From: Octopus vulgaris
Taxonomy: Eukaryota
Reading direction: 5' to 3'
Length of the DNA: 64,000 bases
NCBI GenBank assembly: GCA_951406725.2
Contig: OX597827.1
Coordinates: 8,742,001 to 8,806,000 of the forward strand
Under the pieces are notes generated by a model that was given only the letters and a program-made list of their open reading frames with translations, made no database searches and was not told the DNA's origin. The position numbers and the translations under genes are program-made. Position 1 is the first letter of the stretch. Each line of letters opens with the position of its first letter. Positions 1 through 13,204 of this stretch are shown here, piece after piece.

Positions 1-30
1 TCTTTATTTCTAATAGTCATATTGCATTGT

Positions 31-437
31 CTCTTTTACTCTTTTATTTGTTTCAGTCATTTGACTGCGGCCATGCTGGAGCACCACCTTTAATCGAGCA
101 ACTCGACCCCGGGACTTATTCTTTGTAAGCCCAGTACTTATTCTATCAGTCTCTTTTGCCGAACCGCTAAGTGACGGGGACGTAAACACACCAGCATCGG
201 TTGTCAAGCAATGCTAGGGGGACAAACACAGACACACAAACACACACACACACACATATATATATACATATATACGACAGGCTTCTTTCAGATTCCGTCT
301 ACCAAATCCACTCAGAAGGCTTTGGTCGGCCCGGGGCTATAGCAGAAGACATTTGCCCAATATGCCACGCAGTGGGACTGAACCCGAAACCATGTGGTTG
401 GTAAGCAAGCTACTTACCACATAGCCACTCCTGCGCC
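31..437 (-). mobile_element. tRNA-derived SINE family A (CORE-like segment, internal (TG)n, TAAAAGAG tail)
   Basis: Head GGCGCAGGAGTGGCT with A box and GGTTCAGTCCC B box. Near-identical copies recur through the window. Confidence 0.9.
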
Positions 438-1424
438 ACTCCTGTCTGAATATAATAAAGACATGAGTATTGATTTACAACATAAACACAGGGCCTCGAA
501 TGAGCACAGTTGATTAGACTGATGTACAACTCAATTGGTACGTATTTTATTGACTCCAGAAGGATGAAAGGGAAAGTTAGTCTCTGTGGGATTTGAACAC
601 TAAACACAAAGATGTACAACTAAATACTGCACAATATTTTAGTCCATTAATTTACTCATTCTGCTAAGCCAATTTATCACCCTTTAAACACACGAATATT
701 AATGCCATGATAGTAACACAACTGAAGGTGGTGGTGTTGGTGGTGGTGTTGGTGTTGGTGTTGGTGGTAGTGGTGGTGGTGTTGGTGGTGGCGGTGGCGG
801 CGGTGGTGGTGGTGGTAGAACACTTAACTCTTGATGGAGTTGAAGGGGCACCATTATGACATAGTGTGCCTTGGTCATCTTTAAAACCTGGCAAAGCCAT
901 TCTTCCCAAGGCACGTGTGTGTGTGTGTGTGTGTATGTGAGGGAGAGAGGAGGAAGAGGAGAGAGCTGAGAAGAAAGTGAGAGAGAGAGAGACAGTGAGA
1001 GAGAAGAGAGAGAGAGAGAGACAGTGAGAGAGAAGAGAGAGAGAGACAGAGAGAGAGAAGAGAGAAAAGAACCAATCTCCCAGTACTTGATTAGTTATTT
1101 ATTTATTGACCTCAAAATCTTCAAAGGTAGAGTTGACCCCAGCAGAATTTGAACTCGGAATTCAGAGCGCTAGATCAATACTGCATTGCATTCTATCCAA
1201 TGCTCTAATGACTCTACCAATCAACCACTATAGAATGGAAGGCTCTCAATCAGATAAGATTTCTTTGAAGTTCCTAAACAGTCATATTCTTCTCTGAGTG
1301 TAACCTTGAAGCCATCAGTTTATATAACCAGAGCCTGTCATTAACTATAGTGACCATCACTAACCATGGAAGGAAAGCTGTCGCAGATCCCACAAATTAC
1401 ATGACACCTTAAGAATGATATATC

Positions 1425-2276
1425 TTTTATTATTTACTTGTTACAGCCACTAGACTGCAGCCAAGGGTTCAAGTGAAACAAGAGCAACCCCCAGTACTTT
1501 TTTTTTTTTTGTATTTTTAAGTCTGGCTTTTATTCTACTGGTCTGTTTTGCCAAATCACAAAGTTATAGGGATGTTAACAAACCAACACCAGTTGTTAAG
1601 CCATGTTGGGGGACAAACCCAAATGTGATGATTCACACACAAACACGCACTCACACATACATACACACTCACACACATACATATAAACAAAGGGCTTCCC
1701 CACAGTTTCCATCACCCAAACTTACTCACAAAGCATTGGTCAACCTGGGGTTATAGTCAAAAACACTTGCCCAAGGTTCTATACAATGGGACTGAACCCA
1801 AAACCACATAGCTGTTAAGCAAGCTTCTTAACTGCACAGCCATGCCTGAGCCTATATATATATATATACTCTTTTACTCTTTTACTTGTTTCAGTCATTC
1901 GACTGCAGCCATGCTGGAGCACCGCCTTTAGTCGAGCAACTCGACCCCGAGACTTATTCTTTGTAAGCCCAGTACTTATTCTATCGGTCTCTTTTGCCGA
2001 ACTGCTAAGTGACGGGGACGTAAACACACCAGCATCGGTTGTCAAGCAATGCTAGGGGGACAAACACACACAAACACACACACACACATACACATATATA
2101 CATATATATACATATATACGACAGGCTTCTTTCAGTTTCCGTCTACCAAATCCACTCACAAGGCATTGGTCGGCCCAGGGCTATAGCAGAAGACACTTGC
2201 CCAAGATGCCACGCAGTGGGACTGAACCCAGAACCATGTGGTTGGTTAGCAAGCTACTTACCACACAGCCACTCCT
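1425..2276 (-). mobile_element. Two tandem SINE-A copies (degraded 1425-1850; young 1869-2276)
   Basis: Homologous to 31-437. Confidence 0.85.
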
Positions 2277-2319
2277 ATAGATATATATTGGTAAATTACC
2301 GTTGTATTAACAGTATTTT

Positions 2320-2698
2320 GCAGCGTGGAAGGTATTTGTAAGCCATTTAAGAAACACACAAAAGCCGTTCGATTCACTTCAACATTTAAGTTTAATTTGT
2401 CAAAATATTTTCGTCTCTATAAGACCGCGACCTCTTCACTGACAAAAATCCGTGCCCTTTTAAAGACGGCTTTCAATCTTCCATGTCAGGTAGAGATGCA
2501 GCACAGATTTTCGTCAGCGAACAGGTTGCGGTCTTATAGCGACGAAAATATTTTGACAAATTAAACTTAAATGTTGAAGTGAATCGAACGGCTTTTGTGT
2601 GTTTCTTAAATGGCTTACAAACACCTTCCACGCTGCAATTGTTTTCGTTCCAGCACACGATCTCAGATCAAATCACTTGCTATGCAAGTACATCTTCG
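2320..2698 (+). mobile_element. Penelope-like element fragment with 5' inversion
   Basis: 138-bp inverted arms (2318-2455 and 2501-2638), 12-bp TSD TAACAGTATTTT (2308-2319, 2699-2710) and a hammerhead-like fold in each arm. Confidence 0.7.
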
Positions 2699-2710
2699 TA
2701 ACAGTATTTT

Positions 2711-3845
2711 ATTCTACTTTAATGCTGTGCTACAGAATATATATGTATTAATGCTAGCTAGCACTATTTGTAATAATGGCTCTGGAACTAGAATTGTGAA
2801 TTCTTAAATGTGCCCCTGGAAGATCTTTGAACATCTTGACCATGACACCCAGCTCAGCCTTGCTGTTTCAGGCAGAGCTGTTGGTGTCTTTCTCAATGAC
2901 ACATAATACATCATAATCCAAATGGGGACTGCAGTTGTGAGAATTAAAAGGCCAGAAATTGGGGCTGGTGAACTCATAGAAATTTTCCAACAACCACTTC
3001 TGACACTTTCCAGATGTATGCCAAGGAACTGAATCCTGCTTTCAGACATATGCGCCTTCCAGTAGTAACCCTCTCCAGCCAAGGATTGACCACAGTCTCC
3101 AGCAGTTTCACATTGCCATCTGAATTGAACCCTGTTCAAAAATGTAAGAGTGTATTCCAGCATGTAGACACAGTCAGAATGCTTACTGTGTCCCTTCCTG
3201 CTTGTCATGGCTTCATAGTCTCTGTTGTAGCTGCTCATGCTATATTTTATAACCTCTACAGTATTCACGTGGAGGCACATGGCCTAGTGGTTAGAGCAGC
3301 AGACTCGCAGTCAAGGAATCGCGGGTTCGAATCTTAGACCAGATGATGTGTGTGTTTATGAGAAAAACACCTAAGCTCCATGCAGCTCTGGCAGAAGGTA
3401 ATGGCGAACTTCTGCTGACTCTTTCGCCACAACTTTCACTCACTCTTTCCTCCTGCATCTTGCAGCTCACCTGTGACGGACCGGCATCCCATCCAAGTGG
3501 GGAACCTATACGCCAAGGAAACTAGGAAATCGGCCCTATGCTCCACAAGGGGCAAAAAGGATTAAGAAGAAGAAGAAGAAGAAGAAGAAGACAGTATTCA
3601 CAGAAAACTGAACAGCAATCATGATGTCAGGATTTTGACACCTGGTGTGAATCATCATCACACAGGTAACTCTTTTCCAATATTCAGATGGCTTTCAATC
3701 CTCCATGTCAGGTAGATTTTTCTTAACTGCAAATTTAATCGTTATGCTTCTCCAATGCCATTAACCCTTTAGATCACCAATACATTAAGCTGTTCTTGGT
3801 AGAAAGTGACATAAAAAAATCATCAAATTTAACCTGGACACCCTG
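2711..3845 (-). mobile_element. Decayed DD37D (maT-like) Tc1/mariner transposon, interrupted by a SINE
   Basis: TA|CAGGGTGTCC terminus at 3845 and start codon MED*KPSEYWKR at 3706. Frameshifted catalytic region reads YV*KQDSVPWHTSGKCQKWLLENFYEFTSPNFWPFNS..DY, with ~37-residue D-D spacing. Confidence 0.75.
3269..3590 (+). mobile_element. tRNA(Arg)-like SINE family B (OR-type), (AAG)n tail
   Basis: A box TGGCCTAGTGG, CTCGCA anticodon-like segment and B box GGTTCGAATC. 11-bp TSD ACAGTATTCAC at 3258-3268 and 3591-3601. Confidence 0.88.
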
Positions 3846-3934
3846 TACATAGAAAATTTATTTTCTTTTCTCAAGTCCCAGGACTGATAATGCCAGTTAT
3901 CTGGTTTTCATAGCCAGAGATGCAATAGAATATC

Positions 3935-4380
3935 GTCATCATCATCATCATAATCATCGTTTAACGTCCGTTTTCCACGCTAGCATGGGTTGGACGGTTC
4001 GACCGGGGTCTGGGAAGCCAGAGGCTGCACCAGGCTCCAGTCTGATCTGGCAGAGTTTCTACAGCTGGATGCCCTTCCTAATGCCAACCACTCCGCGAGT
4101 GTAGTGGGTGCTTTTTACGTGCCACCTGCACAGGTGCCAGGGGGGTCCGGCATCGGCCACGATCGGTTGGAGCTTTTAACGTGCCACCGGCACGGAAGCC
4201 AGCCAAGGCGGCGCTGGCAATGGCCACGTTCGGATGGTGCTTTTTATGTGCCACCGGCACAGAAGCCAGCCAAGGCGGTGCTGGCAACGGCCACGTTCGG
4301 ATGGTGCTTTTTATGTGCCACCGGCACAGAAGCCAGTCGGGGCGGCGCTGGCAACGGCCACGTTTGGATGGTGCTTTTTA
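3935..4380 (-). mobile_element. RTE-like LINE 3' end with (GAT)n tail and 62-67 bp internal tandem units
   Basis: Same sequence as the copies at 5180, 22580, 27052 and 59733. Tandem motif starts at 4109, 4171, 4238, 4305 and 4372. Confidence 0.75.
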
Positions 4381-5179
4381 CTGCGGTAATATTTGAACTC
4401 ATGATCCATGTGTTTAAAATGTTGTTCATTCCGTCCCTTTACCGTTCACAGAAAATTAATTGATGCCTTTTTTGTTTTTATTTCTTTATTTCGACTAAGA
4501 TCATATTGAGATTTAATGTGACAGAACACACGTTAAGTTGAGAGTACATCCTCCCATTTATTCTGTCTTTCCTTCAAAGCTTGCGAATCCTTAGGATAAG
4601 GAATAATGGAATTTGAGTAAGTAGATTTCATGGTGCAAAGAAAAGAAAAAAAAAGAAAAAAAAAGAAAAGAAAAAGAAACTAAGAAAAAGGAAAATTCAA
4701 TTGAAATTAATTGTAATCATGGAACCAGTACATATTCTGATAATTTTCAATGTCACAATCAATATATAATTAGATTAGTTGCAATATCAGCACATCAAGA
4801 GAATGAATGGCTGACAGCTGTTAATTATTTAAATGTGTTGGGGGGTGGTTTTCTGACAAGCCAGTTTAAGTGTGAAAGTGCACTTGATATCCTTCTCAAG
4901 CAAGACAGTATTCAACTTCAATAAGCAACCTTAATTCCCCATTTTCTTAATCAAATGCTTCCTGTCAGACAGCTAGAAGGTAGGATCAGACAACTCTTGA
5001 TGTCAGCCGTGTAAGAGAGTGACACTGACCACCGGTGAAGTACTAAATATTAACATAGACAACAACATTTTTGTCATTCTAGCACTTAGCAATCTTCTCT
5101 CACGTATTTGTTGTGAAGCTGAACATCGAAAAGAGAATCTGAATGAGAATAATATTCTAATAAATTCAAATGAAATACA

Positions 5180-5705
5180 ACATCATCATCGTCATCATCA
5201 TCATCATCATCATCATCATTTAACGTCCGTTTTCCATGCTAGCATGGGTTGGACGGTTTGACTGGGGCCTAGGAAGCCAGGAGGCTGCGTCAGGCTCCAG
5301 TCTGATCTGGCAGTGTTTCTACAGCTGGATGCCCTTCGTAACGCCAACCACTCCAAGAGTGAAGTGGGTGCTTTTTACGTGCCACCGGCACAGGGGCCAG
5401 AGGAGGCTGGCAAATGGCCACGATTGGTTGGTGCTTTTTACATGTCACCGACACAGACACGAGTCAGGCGGCGCTGGCATCAGCCACATTCGGATGGTGC
5501 TTTTTATATGCCACCGGCACAGGTATCATAACTACAATTTCCATTTGATTTCTATTTTGATGTTGATGTTGATGTACTTGACTCAATAGGTCTCCTCAAG
5601 CACAGCAGGTCACCCTACGATCCAAGGTTAGAACAGCAGGCCGTCCTGTGAGCCATGAACTCACTTCATTTGTCGGGTCTTAGCAGTCACAGCTTATCTC
5701 AGAGA
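5180..5705 (-). mobile_element. RTE-like LINE 3' end including remnant of the ORF terminus
   Basis: Longest copy. Its 5' part reads R*AVTAKTRQMK* like an RT-ORF end, followed by the 3' UTR and (GAT)n tail. Confidence 0.72.
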
Positions 5706-7503
5706 TTTAAATAAATTTACCATTTCAATAGGACTCATGAAGACATGTAGCTTAGCGGTTAAAGTGTTGAGCTCAAGATCCTAATTTCATGGGTTTGATT
5801 GCAAGACTAAGTTGTGAATTGTGTCACTGAGAAAAGCATCTCATCTCATGTTGCTGTAGTCTACTCAGGTGAAAATAAGTACCAACTGAGTGCAGATGCA
5901 GTCTTCTCTCACATACTCAAATTCAAGCAGAGGAGGGGGTGAGAGAATATCTTTGCTTGCAACTACATAGGCACCTAAAACAGTTCTGGAAAGTATGGTA
6001 CATGTTGTTAGGTCATACTTGTCAATGAGTGACAGATTTTTATCTTTCACATTTTCTTTTTTAAGATGAGGACTAAACTGAAGTTGAATTATAATAGTTT
6101 AATAATGGCTGGGATACTAGTATCTTAATCTACTAGGATATAACTTAACATAGAAGCTTTAAAATAATATAATAACATTTTGATGTAGCTTACCATCATA
6201 ATTTATGCATGTTGTTTTAAAATACTGTTTAATATTGCAATTTAAGCTTAATATATTTCAAAATTTTCTATAAAACCAAATATTATCAGAGCAATCAAAA
6301 CAGAGCCAAGCTTGAGTAATTAAAATCAAATCTAATCTGAATAATCAATCATCAAAACTAAAGCTCAAAAATTGCGGCTAAGATAATTAGGTGAATAACT
6401 ATAGGAAAATTCCCCTTCCAGATGAGATAATTAGATAAGTTAATTATTATATAGAATATTAAACCTATCTAATAATTAGCCTATTTTGTTTATTGCATAT
6501 TTGCTTGCAACTCTTTATTAATGAAATTCATAATCTGCTTCCTGGAAACGGTTATTGGATAACTAAGCAATATTTAAGTATAGTCAAGCATTACCTATTT
6601 CACGCAAGTTACATTTCTTCCTTTTCACATAAATAACCTTAAACTGAAAAGTTTCAATATAATAAACACAGAGTAAAGCTAACTGTATTAATGGGTTAAG
6701 AAAAAGTGTTAGATGCTTAATGTATCCCCAAATATAGAATTGTCCTTTATAAATCCTCATCATCATGAATAGGCTTCTATTTATTCTACCTTCTATGCTT
6801 GCATGGTTTGAAAATTTCATGTTATCTATGCCTGTCTCTTTTATTGCTTTGTTTCATTAGGAATTTCACTGCAAATTCTCTGCTCTCTAGTTGGATGTTA
6901 CGTGACAGTTAGACACCAACTTATATAGCTTGCGATCAAATTGTATCTTCTCTTTAATGCATTACTAACGTGACATATAACCCCTAGAGTTCTGTAGATT
7001 TCTTCCAAAATCCAATTATGTTGCAGTCACTTCTAATCATCCTAGCTACACTTTATCTTCTGATCTAAATATTCCAGACAATCTTCTGTAAATACAGTTT
7101 CTTATGAGAACTAAATTCTTATAAATGTTTCTTCATTTAAAAAAAAAAAAAAGGGTGAGGAAATATAACATAACTCTTTAATAAAAGAGGATCTTCACAG
7201 TCAATGGATCACATCAAACCAAGAAATCATAGCCATAATGGCTTGACTTATTGAAACTGAATTCAATTCCATTTATGTAACTGCTTATTTAATTCCATGA
7301 TTAATAAATCATCAATGAACTCTTCTTGTTTAAAATTTGATGGGGATATTCAACTCTTCTGGCTCTAAATACTTGTTCATTGTTCTAAAACTCTTAGCAA
7401 ATAGAAATGTTGCTAATCCTTATCACCACCACCACCACCGCCGCCGCCATCACCACCACCACCAACACCACTGCCACTGCTGCTGCCACTAGCAGCATCT
7501 TCA

Positions 7504-7885
7504 GTGGAGGCGCAATGGCCCAATGGTTAGGGCAGTGGACTCGCGGTTGGAGGATCGCAGTTTCGATTCCCAGAACGGGCGTTGTGTGTGTTTATTGAGC
7601 AAAATCACCTAAAGCTCCACGAGACTCCGGCAGGGGGTGGTGGCGACCCTTGTTGTACTCTTTCGCTACAACTTTCTCTCACTCTTTCTTCCTATTTCTT
7701 GTCCCCGACTTCCTACGCAATCATTGAGCCTGAATGCGCATTCATCCATCCGTCAATGCTCTCGGTGTTCGGGGGTTGACCTGCTTTCTCTTCTGCGGGT
7801 CTTACGAATAGCAAAGGACCACGTTTCAAACTTCTCCCATCTTGCGAGCTGTGGGATGAAGACTGTTCACTTAACAACAACAGCA
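7504..7885 (+). mobile_element. SINE-B variant with distinct 3' body and (AAC)n tail
   Basis: Same tRNA-Arg-like head as 3269; diverges after CTCACTCTTTC. Confidence 0.82.
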
Positions 7886-9739
7886 GCATCTTCATTGATT
7901 TTACATCTTTCTTTTCATGTTGTCAAGGGTTAGAAGAAATTTAATTGAGACAGATTCTCCATGCGTAGATTCTTCTTCTGTCACCAAACCATTTGTGTTT
8001 TCCAAGGAAGGCATTTTTTTTTTTTTTCACCATCCCTCATATGTCTGCAGTTAGAAACATCTATTCACTGGAGAAAGTAAACAATGCCATGGTCTTTCAT
8101 TGAAACACTGTAATAGCAACCATTCAATTCACTTTTATGCACACTACCCAATACTTCTCATATACACACATCATACACTCATGTATAGGTATAACCACAT
8201 ATATGTACATTCACATACATATGCATGTGATGGGCTTCCTTGTAGTCTCTCCCAAGGTATCACTGGATGACTTGAAACTATAGTGGAAGACACCAGCACA
8301 CAGCGCTAACAATAGCATCAAACCCACCACATTTTCTGGCATGAAAATCAATGTAGTATATAGTGTAAACATGTAATGCAAACATTCAAGCATCATCAAT
8401 GTCTTTCCAACTCTTAATGCATTTCGCATGGAACTTTTGGTCCTCCAAAGTTGTCTTGTCATATAAGTTGACCTGCATTTTTTATCTGTAAATTTTGCTC
8501 TGAAAAATTCAACTTGCATGCTAGAAAATACACTAAAACTATATGGTGGTGAAGCAAGATTTGCAGCTGCCCAGGCATGCCTGCACCTATAACTGTTTAT
8601 TGAAAATTCCTAAGTAGGATCAGTTTAAGAATTTCTGTTAATAATCTCCAACTGAGTGTAGGGGACATGATCTTACAAGTGAGTTAAAACTCCACACAGG
8701 TCAACTTTGTCTTTAAACTTTTTAAGGCAGATAAAAAAAAGTGTCACTCCAAGATAGTGGGTAAGCAGACCTGTTAGAAAGTTGGTAAGATTCCATACAG
8801 ATTTGATCTGGCTTTTTGCGGTTCTGATAGTGACACCTGAAATGACACTGGTGCTAAGCTGTATTGGCTCTAGTTGGTGGCCTTTTCTTTGGATAAAGAA
8901 TAGTGGTGAGGAGAAAGGAGACTTGCTTGCAGGGGAGCAACTGCCAACCATCCTCAAAAGATCTTGCTCATGTCTGCAAACACACATATAAATGCATGGT
9001 TGACCTCATCTATCAGAGACCCAACAAAGAAATCAGTTTATTCAATGCATCTTTATCCTCATGACCATCATCACTTAACGTCCATTTACCATGTTGATAT
9101 GGATTGGATAGTTTTACAGGAACCAGCAAGCCACAGGAATGCATCAGGCTGCAATGTCAGATTCGGCATAGTTTCCATGGCTGGATGTCCTTCCTAATGT
9201 CAACCACTTTACTCTGTGTACAGCATGCTTTTAATATGCTACCAACGCTGGTGAGTTTGCCAAGTAACTTTCAAGACAGGAAAGGAACGGGAAACATAAT
9301 CTGACATTAATTAATAACAAGTGCGTTAATAGGATACTGTCATTTGATGTGTAATATTGAATTTAGTAGCCATGAATATGTATAAGAAAGCGGGGAAAAA
9401 AATCTGTTATATTCACTAAATATAATTATTTGCAAATAATTTACTTGTCATATAATGTGCGTCTGAGATATTTTTCTTTTTAAATGCTAAATGAAATATC
9501 CAAGTTTTGTAAATATCAATATGTTATAAATACAAATAATTTATGAAATTATGTTTCAAAACTATATATATGTATAAAAAAAAAAAAAAGAAAATTTATT
9601 AGAGAAATCTGCTGGGATTGAATTACTTGCAGAAGCAGTAAATGACTGTACAAAAATTGATTTGATTTAAGTTTTAAGACTAAGACATAACTAATGTAAC
9701 ATAACAGATACTTTGTTCATTTCTCTTCATTATACCTAA

Positions 9740-10139
9740 CTAGCAGTATCGCCCAGCGTTGCTCGGGTTTGTAAGGGAAATAACTATATAAGCATTTTTA
9801 GAGATGTAAAGTATAATAGCCATCTCAATATGGCTAACCACAAAGGGGGTGGTGTTATTGTAGCTCTTTACGTTCTGAGATTTAATAATAAATTTTTAGA
9901 GAGTTACTTCCCTTATATAATAGCAAAAAAAATGCATTAAAATGCGGAAAAATGATGGTAAATTTTTTTTTAAATTGTAGACTCATTGTAGATGCACGCT
10001 AATACCCAGTAGGGCTCGATATGAATCACGACTATAAGATACCCGGTTTTGGTTAAACTGCACCGCAAAATGTGGGAGTAGTTAGGAATCTAAATCGTAG
10101 GAGACAGACAGCACACAACCTCTCTTTTATATATAAAGT
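9740..10139 (-). mobile_element. Non-autonomous Helitron
   Basis: On the minus strand it starts with a (T/A)CTTTATATATA-like 5' end, has a subterminal hairpin CCCGAGCAACGCTGGG and ends CTAG|T. No TSD. Confidence 0.75.
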
Positions 10140-10794
10140 TATGCTATTACAGTTGCTACTGCAGTAGTTAAATGCCCAAACAAATACTTTGCAGTCTATG
10201 ATTTTTATCTCTCTTAACTCTAAGCTAAGATCTCACGTAGTAGTAGTAGTAGTAGTAACAGTAGCAGCAGCAGCAGCAGCCATTCAAGAATTTGGACCTG
10301 GAGATCTCCATTTCCAGTGACTTCGAGGGCCACCTCCCAGTGGTGTCGGGCGTCAACGAAGAGCCCTTGACTACAACAAAACGACCAAAGTTTTTTTTTT
10401 TTCCAAGGTCTGGGGTCTCCTGCCCCTAAGCCCTTGACCATCACCTAATCACCCTTACCTGTCTCTTGTTGCTTAACAACAACAACAACAACAGCAGCAG
10501 TAGCAGTAGTAGTAGTAGTAGTAGCAGCAGCAGCTGTTTTTGTAATTTTTGTTGTTTAACCCCTGGTCAGCTTTGATTGAGTCTGTCCAGTGATTAAAAG
10601 CCTTCCACTTGCAGCAATTACATCTATTCAGTGTGCTTTTCCATATTTAAAATAGTATGGGATTGTTATTTAAAAGGAGAGAGCAGATGTCCCTTTGCAC
10701 TTGTGCAGTTGCTGTTGTTGTCACTGTTGCTGTTTAACCCTTGCTTAGGTATTTCTAGCAGGTCAGAAAGAACACAACTTGGACTTGCAGTTAA

Positions 10795-11028
10795 TAAAAT
10801 ATCTGGCAGAACCGTTAGCTTGCCAGGCAAAATGCTTAGCAGTATTTCATCTGCCGCTACATTCTGAGTTCAAATTCCGTCGAGGTTGACTTTGCCTTTC
10901 ATCCTTTTGGGGTCGATTAAATAAGTACCAGTTACGCACTGGGGTCGATATAATCGACTTAATCCGTTTGTCTGTCCTTGTTTGTCCTCTCTGTGTTTAG
11001 CCCCTTGTGGGTAGTAAAGAAATAGGTA
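10795..11028 (+). mobile_element. SINE family C (Nin/Deu-like central domain)
   Basis: TGGCAGAA A box, GAGTTCAAATTCC B box and central GACTTTGCCTTTCATCC...GGTCGAT..AAGTACCAG motif. Confidence 0.8.
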
Positions 11029-11249
11029 TTATATATATGGAGGCTATTGACAATATACACTTCGTAAATCAGTACTATGAATAAAAAAATTAGAAACAGT
11101 ATAAGTCCTTTGTAGTTTGTTTCATTGTTGCTGTTTTGCCCCATTTCAGCCCTAACTGAGCAGACCTATGATCAAAAGTATTTAAGCCATGACTTCCCTA
11201 TATTTTCAGACAAAATTCATAGTTTACAAGCATAGTTCATCTCGGAATA

Positions 11250-11660
11250 CTTATTTCTTTATTGCCTACAAGGGACTAAACATAAAGGGGACAAACAAGG
11301 ACAGACAAGGAGATTAAGTTGATTGCATTGACCCCAGTGTGTAACTGATACTTAATTTATCGACCCCGAAAGGATGAAAGGCAAAGTTTGACCTCGGCAG
11401 AATTTGAACTCAGAATGTAGTGGCAGACGAAATACCTATTTCTTTACTACCCACAAGGGGCTAAATACAGAGAGGACAAACAAGGACAGACAAAGGGATT
11501 AAGTCAATTATGTCGACCCTAGTGCGTAACTGGTACTTAATTTATCGACCCCGAAAGGATGAAAGACAAAGTCGACCTCGGCGGAATTTGAACTCAGAAT
11601 GTAGTGGCAGACATAATACCGCTAAGCATTTTGCCTGGTGTGCTAACGATTCTGCCAGCT
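11250..11660 (-). mobile_element. SINE-C head-to-tail dimer
   Basis: Two ~185-bp units joined at GGCAGACGAAATACCTATTTCTTT. Confidence 0.82.
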
Positions 11661-12454
11661 CAATGCCTTGGTAAAATAAAAAAATAAGAAATGCATCTGA
11701 TGGCCATGTATTCCTGATGAAACAATAGTGAAGAAGTACTTCTGTTTTCTCTCAATAAATGCATACACACACAGACAGCTGAAAAATACACACTCTCACA
11801 TATATATATATATGCATATGCACACACATATGTATGTGTGTGTGTGTGGGGGGGGGGTATGTATTTGCAATGCATAAATAATATGATAACGAAACGGAAA
11901 CTAGTACCAAATGTAATTATTTTAAAAAAATAAAAAGATATCAAATACAAGTAAAAGACAAATAAATAAATATATAAATATATTCAGACGTGATTGAGCA
12001 CTGATAGATTTTGGTAGCAGATTTTTCTCTCTACTTTTTCATTATTACATTTCTATCTCTTTTACTTTCTCTTTCTCTGTCACTCTTTCTCGCACTCTCT
12101 CTTTTACTCTCTCCCATTTTCTTTTTCTTTTTTTTTTTTTAAATTTTTATTTTGTAACTAGTGGACATAAAAACACATACAAAAACACATACAAAAACAC
12201 ATACAAAAACACATACAGAAAGACACATGCTCGGCAGATTTGACAGGAGAGTAATTTAAATGAAATATATGTGATGGAAATAATAGTTACAGATTTGATC
12301 AGAGTAAAGTAAATTAAGAATTAATATCATTTCCTTAATGAATTAAAAAAAAAAACGGCAAGCATAGTATTACAAAATAGAAAATAGAAAAATAATTTGT
12401 ATCATTTAATGTGACAGAATCCATGTCACTTCTGTTATTTCTGAAACACAGACA

Positions 12455-12770
12455 TGTACACATACATACATACACACATACATACACACATACATACATA
12501 CATGCATACATACATACATGCACATGCATACATGCATACACACACACATACATACATACATACATACATACATACATACATACATACATACATACATACA
12601 TACATACATACATACATACATACATACATGCATACACACACACACACATACATACATACATACATACATACATACATACATACATACATACACATGCATA
12701 CACACACACATACATACATACATACATACATACATACATACATACATACATACATACATACATACATACA

Positions 12771-12801
<31 letters not shown>

Positions 12802-13025
12802 GCATACATACACACACACATACTCACACAATACATACATACATACATACATGCATACACACACACATACATACATACATACATACATACATACATACAT
12901 GCATACACAGACATACACACATACATACATACATGCATACAACATACATACATATGCATACATACACACATATATGCATACACATATGCATACATACATG
13001 CATGCATGCATTCATACATGCATAC
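12455..13025. repeat. (CATA)n microsatellite
   Basis: Direct inspection. Confidence 0.95.
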
Positions 13026-13204
13026 AAACATTCAGACGTACAAACATACGCCACAAGCAACAATAAATAGAAATACAAGCCAATGAGAAGGCCTCTATGT
13101 GGTTCCTACAACTGGTAGAAATAGTGGTTTAATCTCCCTCAAAACACACATTTCACCATCTTAGAAAAAAGGTAAGACATATTAGATGAAGCATACACCT
13201 GCAT

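Noticed and set aside
2804-3337. 158-aa and 107-aa ORFs as missing Pcdh exons
   Set aside because: They are off-frame or antisense readings of a decayed DD37D transposase.
4109-4380. CRISPR-like regularly spaced palindromic repeat
   Set aside because: The spacers are homologous to each other, the array sits inside a multicopy retroelement 3' UTR, the context is eukaryotic and there are no cas genes.
7504-7580. tRNA-Arg gene (also at 3269, 13842, 38928 and 52301)
   Set aside because: There is no closing acceptor stem, and the sequence continues into a SINE body with a tail and, in some copies, a TSD.
12335-13086. Long ORFs of 160-219 aa (also at 19.8-21.7, 40.1-41.0, 45.5-46.8 and 48.6-51.3 kb)
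   Set aside because: They are translations of stop-free microsatellites, not genes.
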